Source: Eledone cirrhosa
Taxonomy: Eukaryota
Assembly (NCBI GenBank): GCA_964016885.1
Contig: OZ024740.1
Span: 170,810,001-170,874,000, forward strand
Length of the DNA: 64,000 nt
Reading direction: 5' to 3'
The notes below the pieces were generated by a model, which saw only the letters and a list, made by a program, of their open reading frames with translations, was not told where the DNA came from and ran no database searches. Of the stretch, positions 28,577-43,973 are shown in pieces; position 1 is the stretch's first letter; every line of letters starts with the position of its first letter. The translations under genes and the position numbers were made by a program.

Positions 28577-29667
28577 TGTTTCTTTATTAGCCACAGGGGC
28601 ACAAAAGAAGGGGACAAATACAAAGGGGGAAGTTTATATACAATAAAAACGTGTAAAATATTATCACAAATGCAATTTAAAAATTAGTCGATTTTCCCCA
28701 ATAGGGGGAGACAGTTCATATGGGTAACACATACCCCCGAAAAAATGTGCAACCCTCATCTCCAGGAGTACGAAGAGTTTGTACTCCTTTCCTATCCTCC
28801 TCCTTTTCCTCAACCTACAGGCTGATATAGAGAGAAGACCCATTCACTCGGGCCATTCTCGCCACTTTCACCCACCTTTCATAAAACTTGCTGGGGTACA
28901 GCATCTCTCTCTCCATCCTGATTCTTCTTCCAAAGTGGTATTTGAAAAAAAGAATCAGTTGTTTCAACCTTGTCCACCATACAACCTCTTTCGCCATAGC
29001 TATCACACAAAGGAAAACCGCCTCTCCTTCGTTTTTGAAGGAGGGTGGTGGTTTGATCATGACAAGGGACTCGGTGGTCAACCGGATTGGTCCCACCCGC
29101 GACAATAGTCGTTGTACATAGCCCCACAGGTCGGTGACGCCCGGGCAGTGTATGAATGCGTGCGCGACGGTTTCTTCGTCTCGCACGCACCTCGGACAGA
29201 TCTTTTTTGCAGGGTCCCTGCCCGGGCGCCCATATCTGTAGAGCTTGTCTCGAACTGGTAGAGCTCCTCGGTAGCACTGCCAGGCCAGGGACTTTTGGAA
29301 GTTGTCCATCGGTCCCGGGCGGAAGGTCCTACCGAACAGACTGGCCAGTTCGTCTTCCTCTTCGCCTAGAGTTTCACCGAGCGCGTCGTCGCACTTGCTG
29401 CGGATGAACCCTCTATAGAATGACGAAGTGGAGTCTCCACTGATCGCCGGGTCCGCCTGCCAGAGCGCTGTGAGCGCCTGAGCACATTCGATGTGCCAGT
29501 CGCTCATTTTCCTCGGTCTTTGCTTGACCCAGGACTGCAGCTCGGTCAGCAAGACGAGTCGTGGGAAGGCTCGCCTCACGACCGGGGCCCACACCGGTTG
29601 TCCGGTGAGGAATACGTAGAGATGCCGCAGCCTAAGCGCGTGTTTGCGCATCGTCAGCCACGGCATC
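28577..29667 (-). mobile_element. 5'-truncated L1/Tx1-clade LINE (ORF2 C-terminus with zinc knuckle, plus 3' UTR)
   Basis: ORF 28815-29666 with CPRC...ETVAHAFIHC (CCHC), FYERW ending; AATAAA at 3' end; GC-rich; second copy at 51800-52776. Confidence 0.9.
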
Positions 29668-29681
29668 AGATAGATAGATAA

Positions 29682-29723
<42 letters not shown>

Positions 29724-29779
29724 GGATGGATGGATGGATGGATGGATGGATGGATGGATGGATGGATGGATGGATGGAT
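29668..29779. repeat. (GATA)n(GATG)n microsatellite
   Basis: Direct reading. Confidence 0.97.
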
Positions 29780-29824
29780 AATATAGTTATTTTTCTGGTC
29801 GCATAGCAACATGTTTTTACAAGT

Positions 29825-30045
29825 AATAATTATTTCTACATTCAACACAAGGGCAGCAATTTGAAAGGAGGGGGAAATATGACTAAATCAACCGCAGTGC
29901 GTTACTGGTACTTCATTTTATCGACCCCGTAAAGATGAAAGGCAAAGCTAACCTCAGCGGGATTTGAATTCCGAATATAAAGGGCCGTAACTATATGCCG
30001 CAAAGCATAATGTTCGATGCTCTAGCAATACAGCCAATCCACAAA
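29825..30045 (-). mobile_element. SINE family A
   Basis: ACTGGTACTTCATTTTATCGACCCCGTAAAGATGAAAGGCAAAG...GGGATTTGAATTC. Confidence 0.85.
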
Positions 30046-30119
30046 TGTCGGATAGCCTCGTTGTGACTTGATAGATGACTAAACACCCCAGTGCATTATC
30101 CATCTGCACTGCGTGACAG

Positions 30120-30325
30120 ATGGTTTCTTATATAGGCACAAGGCCAGCAATACTGGGGAACTGAAAACTCGATTAAATCAACATCAGTGCATGACTGGTA
30201 CTTTATTTTAACGACGACGTAAGGATGAAAGTCAAAGCTAACCTAGGCGGGATTTTAACTCAAAACGTAAAGGGCCATAACCCTATGGTGTCTGACGCGC
30301 TCTCAATACTGCCAAACCATGGACG
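30120..30325 (-). mobile_element. SINE family A
   Basis: AGGCACAAGGCCAGCAA...ACTGGTACTTTATTT...AAGGATGAAAGTCAAAG. Confidence 0.8.
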
Positions 30326-30449
30326 TAAACGTATAGGGGACAACAGAAAATACAGGGATAGTGGAGGTTCACAAAAGCAAATCAAGCCAAAAGTAGATAA
30401 CAGAAAAGAAGTAAAAATAAAATTATAATGAACATTTTCCAATAGAAGG

Positions 30450-31560
30450 GAGTAATGCACGGGGGTAATTTAGGAAACCCACTAATCAGAAATCACCCTA
30501 CTCTCCAACAGCACCCTAGGATGGTGCGCCTGTCCTCTCCAAACTAGCCAGCCTAGAGAGACATGATCAGAGTAGACCATCATCACAATCTTCACCCACC
30601 TTTAAATAAGTCTAAAGGCACAACCTTTGCTGTTGTTCACGTCCAAGAACACCAACTTACTCTCTGGGTCCAGGAATATCACTCGTACTTCAGATCTAGG
30701 CCTTTCCTAAACAGCACTGCTACCTCGCCTCCTGTTGCAGGTCGACTAAGAGATGCAAAGATCTCATAGTCGTTAAAAATGTTCTTGTGCACGCGTGTCA
30801 GAAATCCTGGTCTCCGTGACGGCAGTCATCCATATATAGTGAGCTGAGGGCGTTTAGCAATCGACCTTGCTTCCAGGACGACCCAAGGCATCTTACTCTT
30901 GTGATAGCTATGTTTACTGGTTAGTCAAGGGAAAAAAAAGGGGACTACTTACCCTCCGGGTGCTGTTGGAGACTGGGTGGTTTAATATCCATATTTGATG
31001 GGGTTTCTTTTGGACCACTTTAAAAACCTACTAGTGGCTCTCACATTCTTACCATCATTAGATATTCAGTCACTTTAAATGTGTTGGTGCCAAAAATCTC
31101 CTCCCAATCTTTTTACTTCGTGTTATCAGTTCTTCGTTGGCCTTCTAACTAGCACGAATATTTCTGTATGTGATGTTGTTTGCTGCGTCTGTGCGTGTTT
31201 TCGTTTATTTTGTTGTGCTGCTGGTGATATCAATGGTAGTGTTGGTGATGTTTAAGTTGTTGTGGTTATGTCTGTGTTTGTTGTGTGTGTGGTGTCTGTG
31301 TTTTCTGTTGTGTGTGTGTTTGTGATGCCAAATATTTTTGTCGTGTTTTCGTTTTTGGCTTTTCGGTTTTTGGTGTTCCTCCTTATTTTCTCTACTTTGG
31401 GATGAGGATGTCCCGATGTCAGTTTCGAATGTTAGTGAGTGAGTATTTTCATTTGTGTGAGAGAGACAGAGAGAGACAGACAGACAGACAGACGGACAGA
31501 GCAAGAAAGAGAGAGAGACAGAGATACAGACAGCTTTTCTGACAGAAGTCCTGGATTTTC
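30450..31560 (-). mobile_element. Decayed L1/Tx1-type LINE, end of ORF1 and APE endonuclease
   Basis: Minus-strand GGEVAVLFRKGLDLK, IFLDPEGKLVFLDVNN..GCAFRLI and YSDH motifs of the APE domain. Confidence 0.65.
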
Positions 31561-31750
31561 ACTAGACCTGCTCGTAGAGAACAGTAGATTTTTGCCTAGT
31601 AATATTTGCGTACCTGATACCAGTAATACATCTGACACACTTCAATGAATTACACATATTACTCTGAGGCGACAAACAATCTTATTGCCAATGACGTCAT
31701 CAAATAATATATTGTCAATGTCTTACGTATGCTGTGAGAGACATGAGAGA

Positions 31751-31806
<56 letters not shown>

Positions 31807-31932
31807 TGTAATATTAATAAGGTAATTGACTTATTCACACTCACTCATATATACATAAACAAAATATATTAAGCATATGGGTTTGTGTATACATGAGCGT
31901 GTACATGTGTATAAATATATATATATATTATA

Positions 31933-32017
<85 letters not shown>

Positions 32018-32020
32018 CAT

Positions 32021-32066
<46 letters not shown>

Positions 32067-32081
32067 TATATATAACACATG

Positions 32082-32146
<65 letters not shown>

Positions 32147-32204
32147 AAAGTAAATAACAACAAGGAGTACAGTTACGAAAGGTGTTATATACATCACCTT
32201 GACC

Positions 32205-32282
<78 letters not shown>

Positions 32283-32459
32283 CTATTTATGTATATAGGT
32301 GTATCTGTGTGGTTTATGTTGATTCATTTTTGCAGCATATATATAATGCCAGATTTCTTTGGTAACTACGGAGTTTTTTTCTTGCTAGGAGTTAAACATC
32401 AGATACATTCATTCCTATTCTGCCATCTGCCATTCAACTGATTACATTCAGAATAACTT

Positions 32460-33930
32460 TTCAATCTCATCTATAAACATATTTCCACCATCTCCATTTT
32501 AACAAAGTTATAAATTGATGGTATGTTAACCACTTCTCTGTCGTCCGTTGGTCTCATGATCCTGCCACGTGATCCTTATTCTACGTAAAATTTTATGTTG
32601 AAAACATTTTTGTCAGATCTGCTGGTAGTGTACCAAAGTCAATGTCAATACAATAATACTGATCTTGACAAACATTTATAATTTTTTGCTTTGGTTTATG
32701 AAGAGAGATAATTAGGATTCCATATAAATTTTGACATGTCATTCTTTCTTCTGCTTCTTTAATTCTCCCTAAAACTCTAAACAGGGTAAATCGTAACTTG
32801 CAACCACAGTTACTGCAGTCACATGAAATAGTCAGTGATATTTATTATTGGTTTCCTTATAGAGCAATTGAATGGATTGGTATGATTTTTATTTCTGTCT
32901 TTGATCAGTTTGTATCCAGACCAACTTTGTCTCTCCCTCTTATTAAACTACTCGATACTAGGTGCATTTCATTTGTTATTGGAATCCTTACCACGTCATC
33001 AGCATAGTCTAAACCGACTAATGTCGTATTCAACACATTTTTCTCTGCAAAACCTTCTTTATCATATAAAAAATAGCATCCCAAAAGTGTTGGATTTAGT
33101 TTGCCTCCTTGAATAATACTAGACCAAGTGCATTAAGAGTGCCAACTACGATGACCTACCAAAAGTTTCCTTCACGCATGTTTAAGATATCAGTGTATTT
33201 TTTAGGTATTCCATATCTTCTCATTATATTCGGCAATGTTTGTCTATCAAATTCCTTCTAGAAATCAATAAAGCATGGACTTAATGGTGTCTTCATTTAT
33301 CTGTTCTATAATATGCCTTATTGCAAAGATTTGGTCATCATTTCCTCCTCCCTACTTTTAAAACTTGCTTAAAATCTCAAGATTCGATTCAATTCTAGTT
33401 AGTATTCTTTTACAGAACTCGTTCAAGATAATAGGGGACTGAATAACGTCTTCTCCTGATCACACACTCCTGCAAGAATTTTAATTATATCACCTTATTT
33501 TCCATCCTGTAGAAATATCACCTACTCTCCAGATGCAATTAAACATTTATTAGCACAATTGTTATAACATCATTTAGAGTTAATACTTTAATTCCTTTAC
33601 AGCCATTGCGACCTCAACTAGTATCAGTTTTCTCCTGTTTCAATATCCAAATCCCCTTCATCTAGAGGAATATTTTCACCATTTTGTAGAATTGGTTTGT
33701 TTAATACTGCTTCAAAGAACTCCTTTCCTGTATTCCTTATTTCATTATTTCTGTTCCCCAGTGTAATTCTAATTGGAAGCTCTTTATAGCTGTGCCCGTA
33801 ATTTCTTTTGTTTATTGATAAGCTACTCTAATAGTTCTCACATTTTGTCTATTTATTTGAGCTTCAGTTTTATCCGCAATGTCATTCAAGTACCTTCTCT
33901 TATGACTTTTAGTGAATCTTCTAACATCAA
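32460..33930 (-). mobile_element. Decayed RTE-clade LINE reverse transcriptase
   Basis: DDQIFAIRHIIEQ, IDRQTLPNIMRRYGIPKKY, LDYADDVV on minus strand; frameshifted. Confidence 0.8.
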
Positions 33931-34099
33931 GTATAATCGTTAGATTACATACGACAAATTACAAGGGAAAGATGGAATAAAAATAACAGACACATGCCTT
34001 AGATGACATTGCTAAAGCATTAAACGAGTAAGAACCGCGTTGAATAAATTAAAACAGTCCCTATCGTTAGACTGAAAGCAAAATAAGGAAACCAGAAAA

Positions 34100-34520
34100 G
34101 AATAATAACGCTAAAAGAGATGAAGAGGAGCCCTTAGGCGCGTAGAAAAATTTAAGATAAGGGTTTGGACAGAAGAATGTAAAAAAGAGGAGAGAACTGA
34201 ATCGACAGGAGGCGAGGAAGTAGGGTAAGGGAGACCAATACAATTAGTCATATTTGATATGAATGCAGTGTTTGAAGGCAAGTGTGTACCGTCGGATAAT
34301 GCAGTAAATCGAATTGGAAACGGGATGAGACAATATAAATGGGACAAACAACAATTTCCTTTCCTTTGTCCAAGCCCTTATCTATCTTTTTTCATGAGTC
34401 TACAACTGAGGCATCGCGATATTTTCTCACTGCGTTAAAAAATCCACTTCTTCCACTCCTGTTGTTTTTATTCCATCATGTCTTAGCTTTCATTTTAACG
34501 GCTGAAACGGTTTTTATTAA
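34100..34520 (-). mobile_element. Probable decayed PLE fragment (RT C-terminal/linker region)
   Basis: VPFILSHPVSNSIYCIIRR resembles PLE 'PLVLTYHP...I..II' motif. Confidence 0.4.
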
Positions 34521-35079
34521 ATTAAGAGCCCCCCCCCCCCCCCCCCCAAAAAAAAACAACTTATTTTCAGGTATATGCCAGTTACTTACTTTTGTCTTTC
34601 TGTTGCGATTTGTCACATTTACATTAAATATTATACTTCGCTCTTCGACCAGTGATTGGTTTATATTACCACGGTACAAGTTTATTTCACGTGTGTTTCG
34701 TTTACTAGGGAGTTACTTGGCTAATTTCCTAGTTACTGTGGTATATTCTGGCCAAAATTTACCGAAACCCGGGGGCATTTAATGGATTTCAACGCCCAGA
34801 AAGAATACCTGATGACCAGAAATCGTTCTTCGTTCCATTTATATGTCCCGTCATCATTTTGATTTGTTATGTATATACATATATATATATATGTATATGT
34901 GTGTGTGGGGGGGGGGGGTATGTCTGTGTGTGTTCTTGTGTATGTAAGTGTGTATGTATGTGTGTGTAAGTATTAAATTCATCTAAATATATTACTTTGT
35001 TCATTAAACTGATTAGATTCAAAGTTAAATAAATGTGAGTAAGACCAATTGAAATGTGATGAACATCGTCTACACACAG

Positions 35080-35120
<41 letters not shown>

Positions 35121-35596
35121 ATGTATGTATATATGTATATATGTGTGTATGTATGTATCTATACATGTATGTATGTATGTACGTAAGCAGATATGTATAC
35201 GTGTATGTCTGTCTCTATGTATTCATGTATGTAAGAATCAATGTTCTTTTCAACGTTAAAATTGCTTATTTTATTTTATTGATAGTCATAATTAAAGTGA
35301 AGAAATCTGCTTCAGTATCAGAAATATTTCTTCCAGATCGATGGGGAATGATGTTGATGCTGTATTTTACTTAAATGTTGTCCTTTCTCTTTTAATTTCA
35401 AATGAATAATGACTTTGAATAAACCATTTATATTGTTTAAATGAGTTAATTGTTGTTAGGCCAGATGTTTTTGTCACTTAGTTAGGAGATATTTATACCA
35501 GTGAGTAGATGAATGATTTTAACATGCGATGTAACAGTCAATTTCAAGTATATACGTATATTTATATATATATATTCAGATACATCTATATATATA

Positions 35597-35708
<112 letters not shown>

Positions 35709-35767
35709 CATACATATTCATAAATATATGTATGGATATAAGTACATATATATATGTATATGTATAT

Positions 35768-35801
<34 letters not shown>

Positions 35802-35866
35802 ACATGTATATATATATATATGTTTATATACATATGTATATATATATATATGTGTGTATATATATA

Positions 35867-35897
<31 letters not shown>

Positions 35898-35904
35898 GCA
35901 TATA

Positions 35905-35960
<56 letters not shown>

Positions 35961-36000
35961 AGTAAGTAAGTTAATTTTTATAATTTTCTTATTTTACGTC

Positions 36001-36101
<101 letters not shown>

Positions 36102-36104
36102 TAC

Positions 36105-36920
<816 letters not shown>

Positions 36921-37011
36921 CGTCCCCTGCTTTTGCTCTTTACTCTATTTACTCTTTGTTCTTGAATGTTTGGTTGGTAGAGTCCATAACACCAATCAAA
37001 CCCCTTTTATA

Positions 37012-37056
37012 GCTCTGAAGAATCCTACGGTTACGTTAGGAAGAAACATTGTAAGC
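37012..37056 (+). ncRNA. Type I hammerhead ribozyme motif
   Basis: gcu-CUGAAGA-a uccua cgguuacgu uagga a-GAAA-cauug-UA-agc then AAUAAA; within a 185 bp island between TA tracts. Confidence 0.7.
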
Positions 37057-37098
37057 CAATAAAAATCTTTTGATGTTGTAGACGCTCTTGTGTTCTTT

Positions 37099-37154
<56 letters not shown>

Positions 37155-37160
37155 GGTGTG

Positions 37161-37227
<67 letters not shown>

Positions 37228-37230
<3 letters not shown>

Positions 37231-37280
37231 AGTATGTGTGTATACGTACATACATATATGTATACAGACGTACAGTAGCA

Positions 37281-37328
<48 letters not shown>

Positions 37329-37378
37329 CAGGTACACATACATATATGCACGTGCATATATATATGTATGTGTACCTG

Positions 37379-37439
<61 letters not shown>

Positions 37440-37685
37440 GCATGCTACTGTACGTCTGTATACATATATGTATGTACGTATACACACATACTTACATTTA
37501 AGTAGGTGCCGTACTAAGAGTGAGAAATGAAATTTCGTTTTCATTTTATTTCAACTTATATATATATATATATAAACGGAAAAGAATGAAACGAAATTTG
37601 ATTTCCCACTCTTAGTACGGCTGATACTTAAATGTAAGTATGTATGTAAACGTACATACATATATCTATACAGACGTACAGTAGT
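37228..37685. repeat. Two overlapping palindromes
   Basis: Near-perfect 37228-37495 centred on GCACGTGC; imperfect 37445-37685 centred on (TA)n at ~37565. Confidence 0.9.
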
Positions 37686-37897
37686 ATGTATATACATACA
37701 TGCACACATATATATATGTACGTATGGGTTTACGGAACATTTATTATAATGTTCGGTTTGTTTGTAAACAAACAAACAGCCCGAATTACGCCGTACAGTT
37801 CAACACCGACACAGGAACGATGTACTAGTTTCAAGCTTATTAGCTATCGTCAGCATCGTATACCTTCCTACCAGATGATTGAAGGTCTGAAAGTATA

Positions 37898-38062
<165 letters not shown>

Positions 38063-38068
38063 TATATA

Positions 38069-38160
<92 letters not shown>

Positions 38161-38287
38161 TAATTAAGTCAAATCTGTAAAATTCGGCTTCGTTTATTAT
38201 ATATACTTTCAGACGTTCAATCATCTTGCAGGAAGGTTTATTATAAATTATAGATATACTGCTATATATATTTCGGTGACAGTCCGA

Positions 38288-38323
<36 letters not shown>

Positions 38324-38502
38324 TTATATATATATATATATGTGTGTGTGCGTCTGTGTGTGTGTGTGTGTATATATATGTGTATATATATATATGCATA
38401 TATATATGTATTTATATATGTGTGTGTATATATATATGTGTATATATGTATATATATGTATATATATTATATGTGTGTGTGTATATATATATGTAAAAAA
38501 AA

Positions 38503-38573
<71 letters not shown>

Positions 38574-38575
<2 letters not shown>

Positions 38576-38983
38576 CTATAAAGTAAACATGTCCATAGAA
38601 TTATTTGATAATATATATACATCATTTCTTCTCCCAATTACCATAATTAACCACACACAATATCAATTAGACCAGGCTTTAAGATTAAAAGGCACCTATG
38701 AAGATATAGTAAATAAATACACGACAGCGGAATCATTTCTAACTTTAATTTTATACCTATATTTAATTAATTTACACGTGCTTTTGAAATGTTGGGGAAA
38801 TATTCTATAGCGGTTGGCTGCTAAGACGCCGCTGTCGTGTATTTATTTACTGTTTCTTTATAGGTGCCTTTTAATCTTAAAGCCTGGTCTAATTGATTTT
38901 TTGTGTGGTTAATTATGCTAATTGGGATAAGAAATGATGTATATATATTATCAAATTCTATTGACATGCTTTACTTTATAGTA
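38574..38983. mobile_element. Fold-back element (family also at 40521-40910)
   Basis: Arms 38574-38730 and 38829-38983 are reverse complements; left arm homologous to 40521-40670. Confidence 0.85.
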
Positions 38984-39091
38984 TTTTGCTCTGATTATTT
39001 AATTCTTTAATTATTCATTGAGCCATATCGTGAATGGGTGCCAAAACACATATATATATCTGTGACTTTGTTTAATTGGTGTATGTGTAAA

Positions 39092-39147
<56 letters not shown>

Positions 39148-39408
39148 TAAAAAGGAAAAGAAAATGGTGAGAAATTTTTCCAAGTGAAAAATAGTTTAAT
39201 TAGGAATAAGTGTAAATTAGTAATAATATTATTCAGTTTTAGTTTTAAGTTGTTACCGGTTGCGCATTTCTAATGCTTTTCAAAAATAATTTTGAGATTG
39301 AGTGCTCGTGATTTGAATCACTGGGAAAAGTTTGTCAGCATTTTCTTTTCCTATTTACTAATATATCACAACTTGTGTGTCACACCTCTATTTTTAAATA
39401 TATATATA

Positions 39409-39467
<59 letters not shown>

Positions 39468-40447
39468 CATAAATATAGATGTGTGTGTCGATAGTATATA
39501 GAACATGCTTATATAATATGTATATATATACAGTATAAGAGAGGTCATTTAGTATATATTAAAGTTTCGTGGTTTAGCTATTGTCACCACTTACAGTGTA
39601 TTAAATTTTTGTATATATTATATATATTCCAAAATAGCTGCCTGAATACGCACGTACGTATTTTTATCTCATTTTTTCCGTTCCTTCCTCCGTCTCAATC
39701 TTTCTATTTCTATCTTATTTTTTATTTCTAATTTTATCCTCTGATGAAAATTTAGTTCTTCATCAGTGATGTGCCAACCTTCATTGGTATTTCATTCGCT
39801 TTAAAGACCATATACCTCCGGTTGGTGCGAGCAACGGCTAAAGAAAGTCGTTGGGACACGTAAATGAGGGGAACGAGCGAGACTGTAAACAATCAAATAT
39901 GGTAATGCAATGAAAAGTGAGGAAGAAGGAGTCAAGTCCCTGAAATGGATGAACATAAGTTCTGTGAAATCGTAGACGAGAGAGAATAAAGACCATCCGA
40001 CCTGGTCGAAATGTGAGCAAGGAAAGAATTTCGCACAGGTCAAACGGGAGGAAGTAGGAGAGGGAGTAGCAGAGAGTGAGTGAGTGAAAGGTGAGGAAGA
40101 GGCTAACAGAGAGAGTGACTGTTAGAGCGGGTAAAGAGAAGTGAGATATACAGAGAAAAGAGGAAGCAGTAAGAAAGAAACAGACGGGGGACAGCGGAGG
40201 AAAATATATATATATATGAATATGAAAACATGGCGTGCTGCATGGTTGCAAATGGGTTACATATGAATAAATTTAGTCCTTCATCAGTGATCTGATATAT
40301 ATATATACATACATATATATAATATATATATATATATTATCATATATATATATATATGTATATCATTTATTTGTATATATAATATATATACAGATATAAT
40401 ATATATATGTAATATTTATATATATATATAATATATATAAATATATC

Positions 40448-40523
<76 letters not shown>

Positions 40524-40818
40524 TATAAAGTATGTCCATAGAATCATTTGATAAAATATATACACCATCTCCTCTCCCAATCAGCATAATCAACCACACA
40601 AAAAAGCAATTAAATAAGGCTATAAGATTAAAAGGCACCTGTGAAGAAATAATAGATAAATAAACTACAGCTTTCTATTCGCGATCAACAACTATAGAAT
40701 ATTTAACCAGCATTTCTAATAGCACATAGAAATCAATTAAATATATCGTCAACCATACACAATTAGGTATAAAATCAAAGTTAGAAGAAAAAAAATGTAT
40801 ATAAGCATACCAAAATTA

Positions 40819-40903
40819 TGTTTCTACCCCAAGAGGTTTCATTCGCATTTTGGAAATATCCGATCAAGGATAAATTCACAAGTTTCGAAATCATCAGGAA
40901 ACA
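40819..40903 (-). ncRNA. Type I hammerhead ribozyme motif, long stem II
   Basis: uguuuc-CUGAUGA-u uucg...(50 nt total)...cgaa u-GAAA-ccu cuug ggg-UA-gaaaca; GUA triplet. Confidence 0.8.
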
Positions 40904-41084
40904 AACTCACTTGGACGAAGATTTTCTTAAATGATCCCCGCCAGAAACGAATTCAAAATGGCTAAGAACTGTGACGTGGCAGTGGTCAAGTCAGAAAGAA
41001 TGTGATTGGTGCTTTGCGGCGAGTGGGCTTGTTGCTAGAAAGCGCAGGCAAATACTGCCTAAATTGCATCTCAACCATATGGGA

Positions 41085-41120
<36 letters not shown>

Positions 41121-41268
41121 ATACTTTGGGAGGGTCATGTTGCCAATAAGAAACACACGCACAGTTGCTTTCACTTCAATTTATTATAATAAATTTATAA
41201 TAAATTTATAAATTTATAAATTTCTGGTTGGTTGGTTGGTTCCACAACCAGATAGTTGTTTATATATT

Positions 41269-41311
41269 GTCATAGTTCTTTCGTCACACACTCTGTGACC
41301 TCTTCAGTGAC
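41269..41311 (-). ncRNA. Minimal hammerhead motif in P1 pseudo-LTR
   Basis: guca-CUGAAGA-g gucaca gagug ugugac-GAAA-gaac-UA-ugac. Confidence 0.65.
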
Positions 41312-41500
41312 TGGGGATTCCTTTCTTTGTTTCTGTGCCTCTCTTTTGTTCTGTCCTACGCCATTTTGTTTCTGTGTGTGTGTTGTGTGCTCAGTCTGCG
41401 CATGCGCCACATCCGGGTGTCTGTGTGTGTTTATGTTCATTTATTTACATGTTACTGGTTGGTTGTTTGTTCTATGTGTGTGTGTGTTTTCATTTTGTCC

Positions 41501-42130
41501 TTAATTGTAAGTTGTGATGTTGCTGTTCCACTCATATTTTCTATTTAATTTTGGTTGTAATTCTTTTATGTTTATTGCCTCTGTGATTTGTCTAAACATT
41601 GCGTCTTTTCTGTGTGTAGATTCTATTTTTATTTCTATGTTCTCTAATTTACCCTTGTGTTCTATTTTAGCATGTTGGTAGAGTACAGATGATTCTTTAC
41701 TATCTTGAAGGTCTCGCCAGTGTTCATTTATCCGTTCCCCTACACTACGAGCTATCTCACCTATGTACACTATATTTTTGTCTCTACATTGTCCTTCAGT
41801 ACATCTTATGCTATACACTACATTTCTAGTTTTACAGTTAATATGGGGGCTTATTTTACAGGTTATACATTTTTTATCTATACATGAGGGTCTTTGAAAA
41901 GGGTATGTCTTGCTAATAAGTGTTTTTACGGAGGTACCTGGTCTTTCTACTATCTTAATGTTGAGTTTATGTTTATCTAGGGCCCTTCTAAATTTGTAAG
42001 CTAATTCACCTCTAGGGGTTGTATCGATGAACATTACACTCTGGTATTTATTGCTATCATACCATGAGTTTATTCTATTAGCCTTGTTCCTAGTTCTTTC
42101 TATTCTATTCCAAAATTTGCTCCTATACAA
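41501..42130 (-). pseudogene. PLE GIY-YIG endonuclease domain (open frame, RT missing)
   Basis: C..KKC.TC linker, NVVYSIRC...YIGE.ARSVGERINEH, RQITEAINI...PKLN. Confidence 0.9.
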
Positions 42131-42199
42131 GGGGCAGGTCCCATTTTGAAGTTATTTTTCAGATTGGGTATGTAATTCTTAGTTACTATTAAGGATGAG

Positions 42200-43390
42200 G
42201 AAGATGGTAGTTGGTTGTAGGCTGATGTATTGTGTTGGTGAGGTGAGTGAGTGGATGTAACTGGTGGATAGGTAATAATATTCTGGTTATGAGCTGTAGT
42301 ATTATTATAATTAGTTTGTGTGTGGTGTGCTAGAGGTATACATGGAGCTTTTTTACATTTATAGATGTCATATGCACTTATTTTTTGTTGTATATATGTG
42401 GAGTAAGAAAATGTTACTGTATATCAAGATTTGATGGTATTTGTGGTTAGGTGGGAAATGTTTATCGAGAATAGCAAAACATTTTTTAGGGATTTGGCCC
42501 ATGGTTTGTTAAATGGAGCATTATACCATGTTACATTTCTTTTATGGTTTCTAATTGGTTTCCTATTGTTATATTGGGTATGTATAGAAGATTGAGGGTA
42601 GATTTTGTTAGCAGATGATACTATAATATTGTGATTGTTATTAGGGGTGTGAACAAGTTGTTTAGTAGATTTTTGAATTGTATTAGTTTTTTATTTATTG
42701 TTTATTGTTTGATATATAGATGATATTGGGAGTTTTATTAATGGATTGGACCAGGTATATCGGTATTATTCTTGATATGTATAGTAGTTCGGATATGTTT
42801 CTCTGGTTTATTGGAATGTAAGGATGTGGTTTGGTTAGGTTGAAGGTTCAATGAAATAGGTAATATATCATTAGGTTTATTGTGAGAATTAAGATATAAG
42901 ATGTTATTATTAACTGCTTTTCTAAGAGTAGTGGTGTTAGGTGTTTTCGTATGGTTTGTAGTAATATTATTAGGTAGGTTATAGAAATATTCAGAAGCGT
43001 TAGGATTGACGACCTTTAGAGAGTTTGTGTCATTCGTATTAATGTGGGTACTAGGTGTAATGGTAAGATCTAGGTTTTTCGGTGCTTTATTGCTGGCATT
43101 AAATTATAGGTGTTTCTTTTGGTGTTTGTTGTTTATGCTTGGTTGTATGTTGGAGGTATTTATGGTATTAGGTATGTAACATATTTTTATCCTTGTAGCC
43201 ACTTCTAGTTAAAGCCTCATTATAATAAAGTGCATTTTATAGAATATTTCTTCATTAGATGATAATTTAGATAATCTGAGTACAATAGTACACTAGATTT
43301 TTTTAGTATGGAACCAGGGTGGTTATATTGTGAGTATATATAATGCAGGTTTTAGTTTGGTTTATGGTAGGGTTGGTAAATGCCTGTTTA
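42200..43390 (-). mobile_element. Decayed PLE fragment, second family (RT thumb/linker)
   Basis: RLSKLSSNEEIF...YNEALTRSGY and RNVTWYNAPFNK motifs; related in type to 23450-24246. Confidence 0.75.
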
Positions 43391-43446
43391 TAGATCAGAT
43401 ATATATATATATATGTAATATATATATATATATATATATATATGTA

Positions 43447-43602
<156 letters not shown>

Positions 43603-43889
43603 CGTATATATATTACATATATTATATATATTATATATATTATATATACATTATATGTATATATTATATATATATATATCATATATATATATCATATATA
43701 TATTATATATCATATATACATTATATATATATATATGTATATGTATATCATATATTATATATATATATAACATTTATATATATATATATATATATATCAT
43801 TTATATATATATATATAATATATATATAATATATATATATACATATACATTATATATGTATATATATATAATATTTATATACAATGTAT

Positions 43890-43973
43890 ATTTAAATACA
43901 ATGTATGCCTAATCAAATCATCAGAATAACTCAGTTATTCTGATGATTTGATTGGGCATACATTGTATTTAAA
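43890..43973. repeat. ~84 bp near-perfect hairpin (fold-back junction)
   Basis: TTTAAATACAATGTATGCCTAATCAAATCATCAGAATAACT-C-AGTTATTCTGATGATTTGATTGGGCATACATTGTATTTAAA. Confidence 0.9.

Larger units (their letters stand above)
41113..42190 (-). mobile_element. 5'-truncated Penelope-like element, family P1 (GIY-YIG plus pseudo-LTR)
   Basis: GIY-YIG ORF followed by ~390 bp terminal region shared with 53021-53652 and 61403-62990. Confidence 0.9.

Noticed and set aside
28298-28623. ORFs spanning X residues
   Set aside because: They cross the N gap
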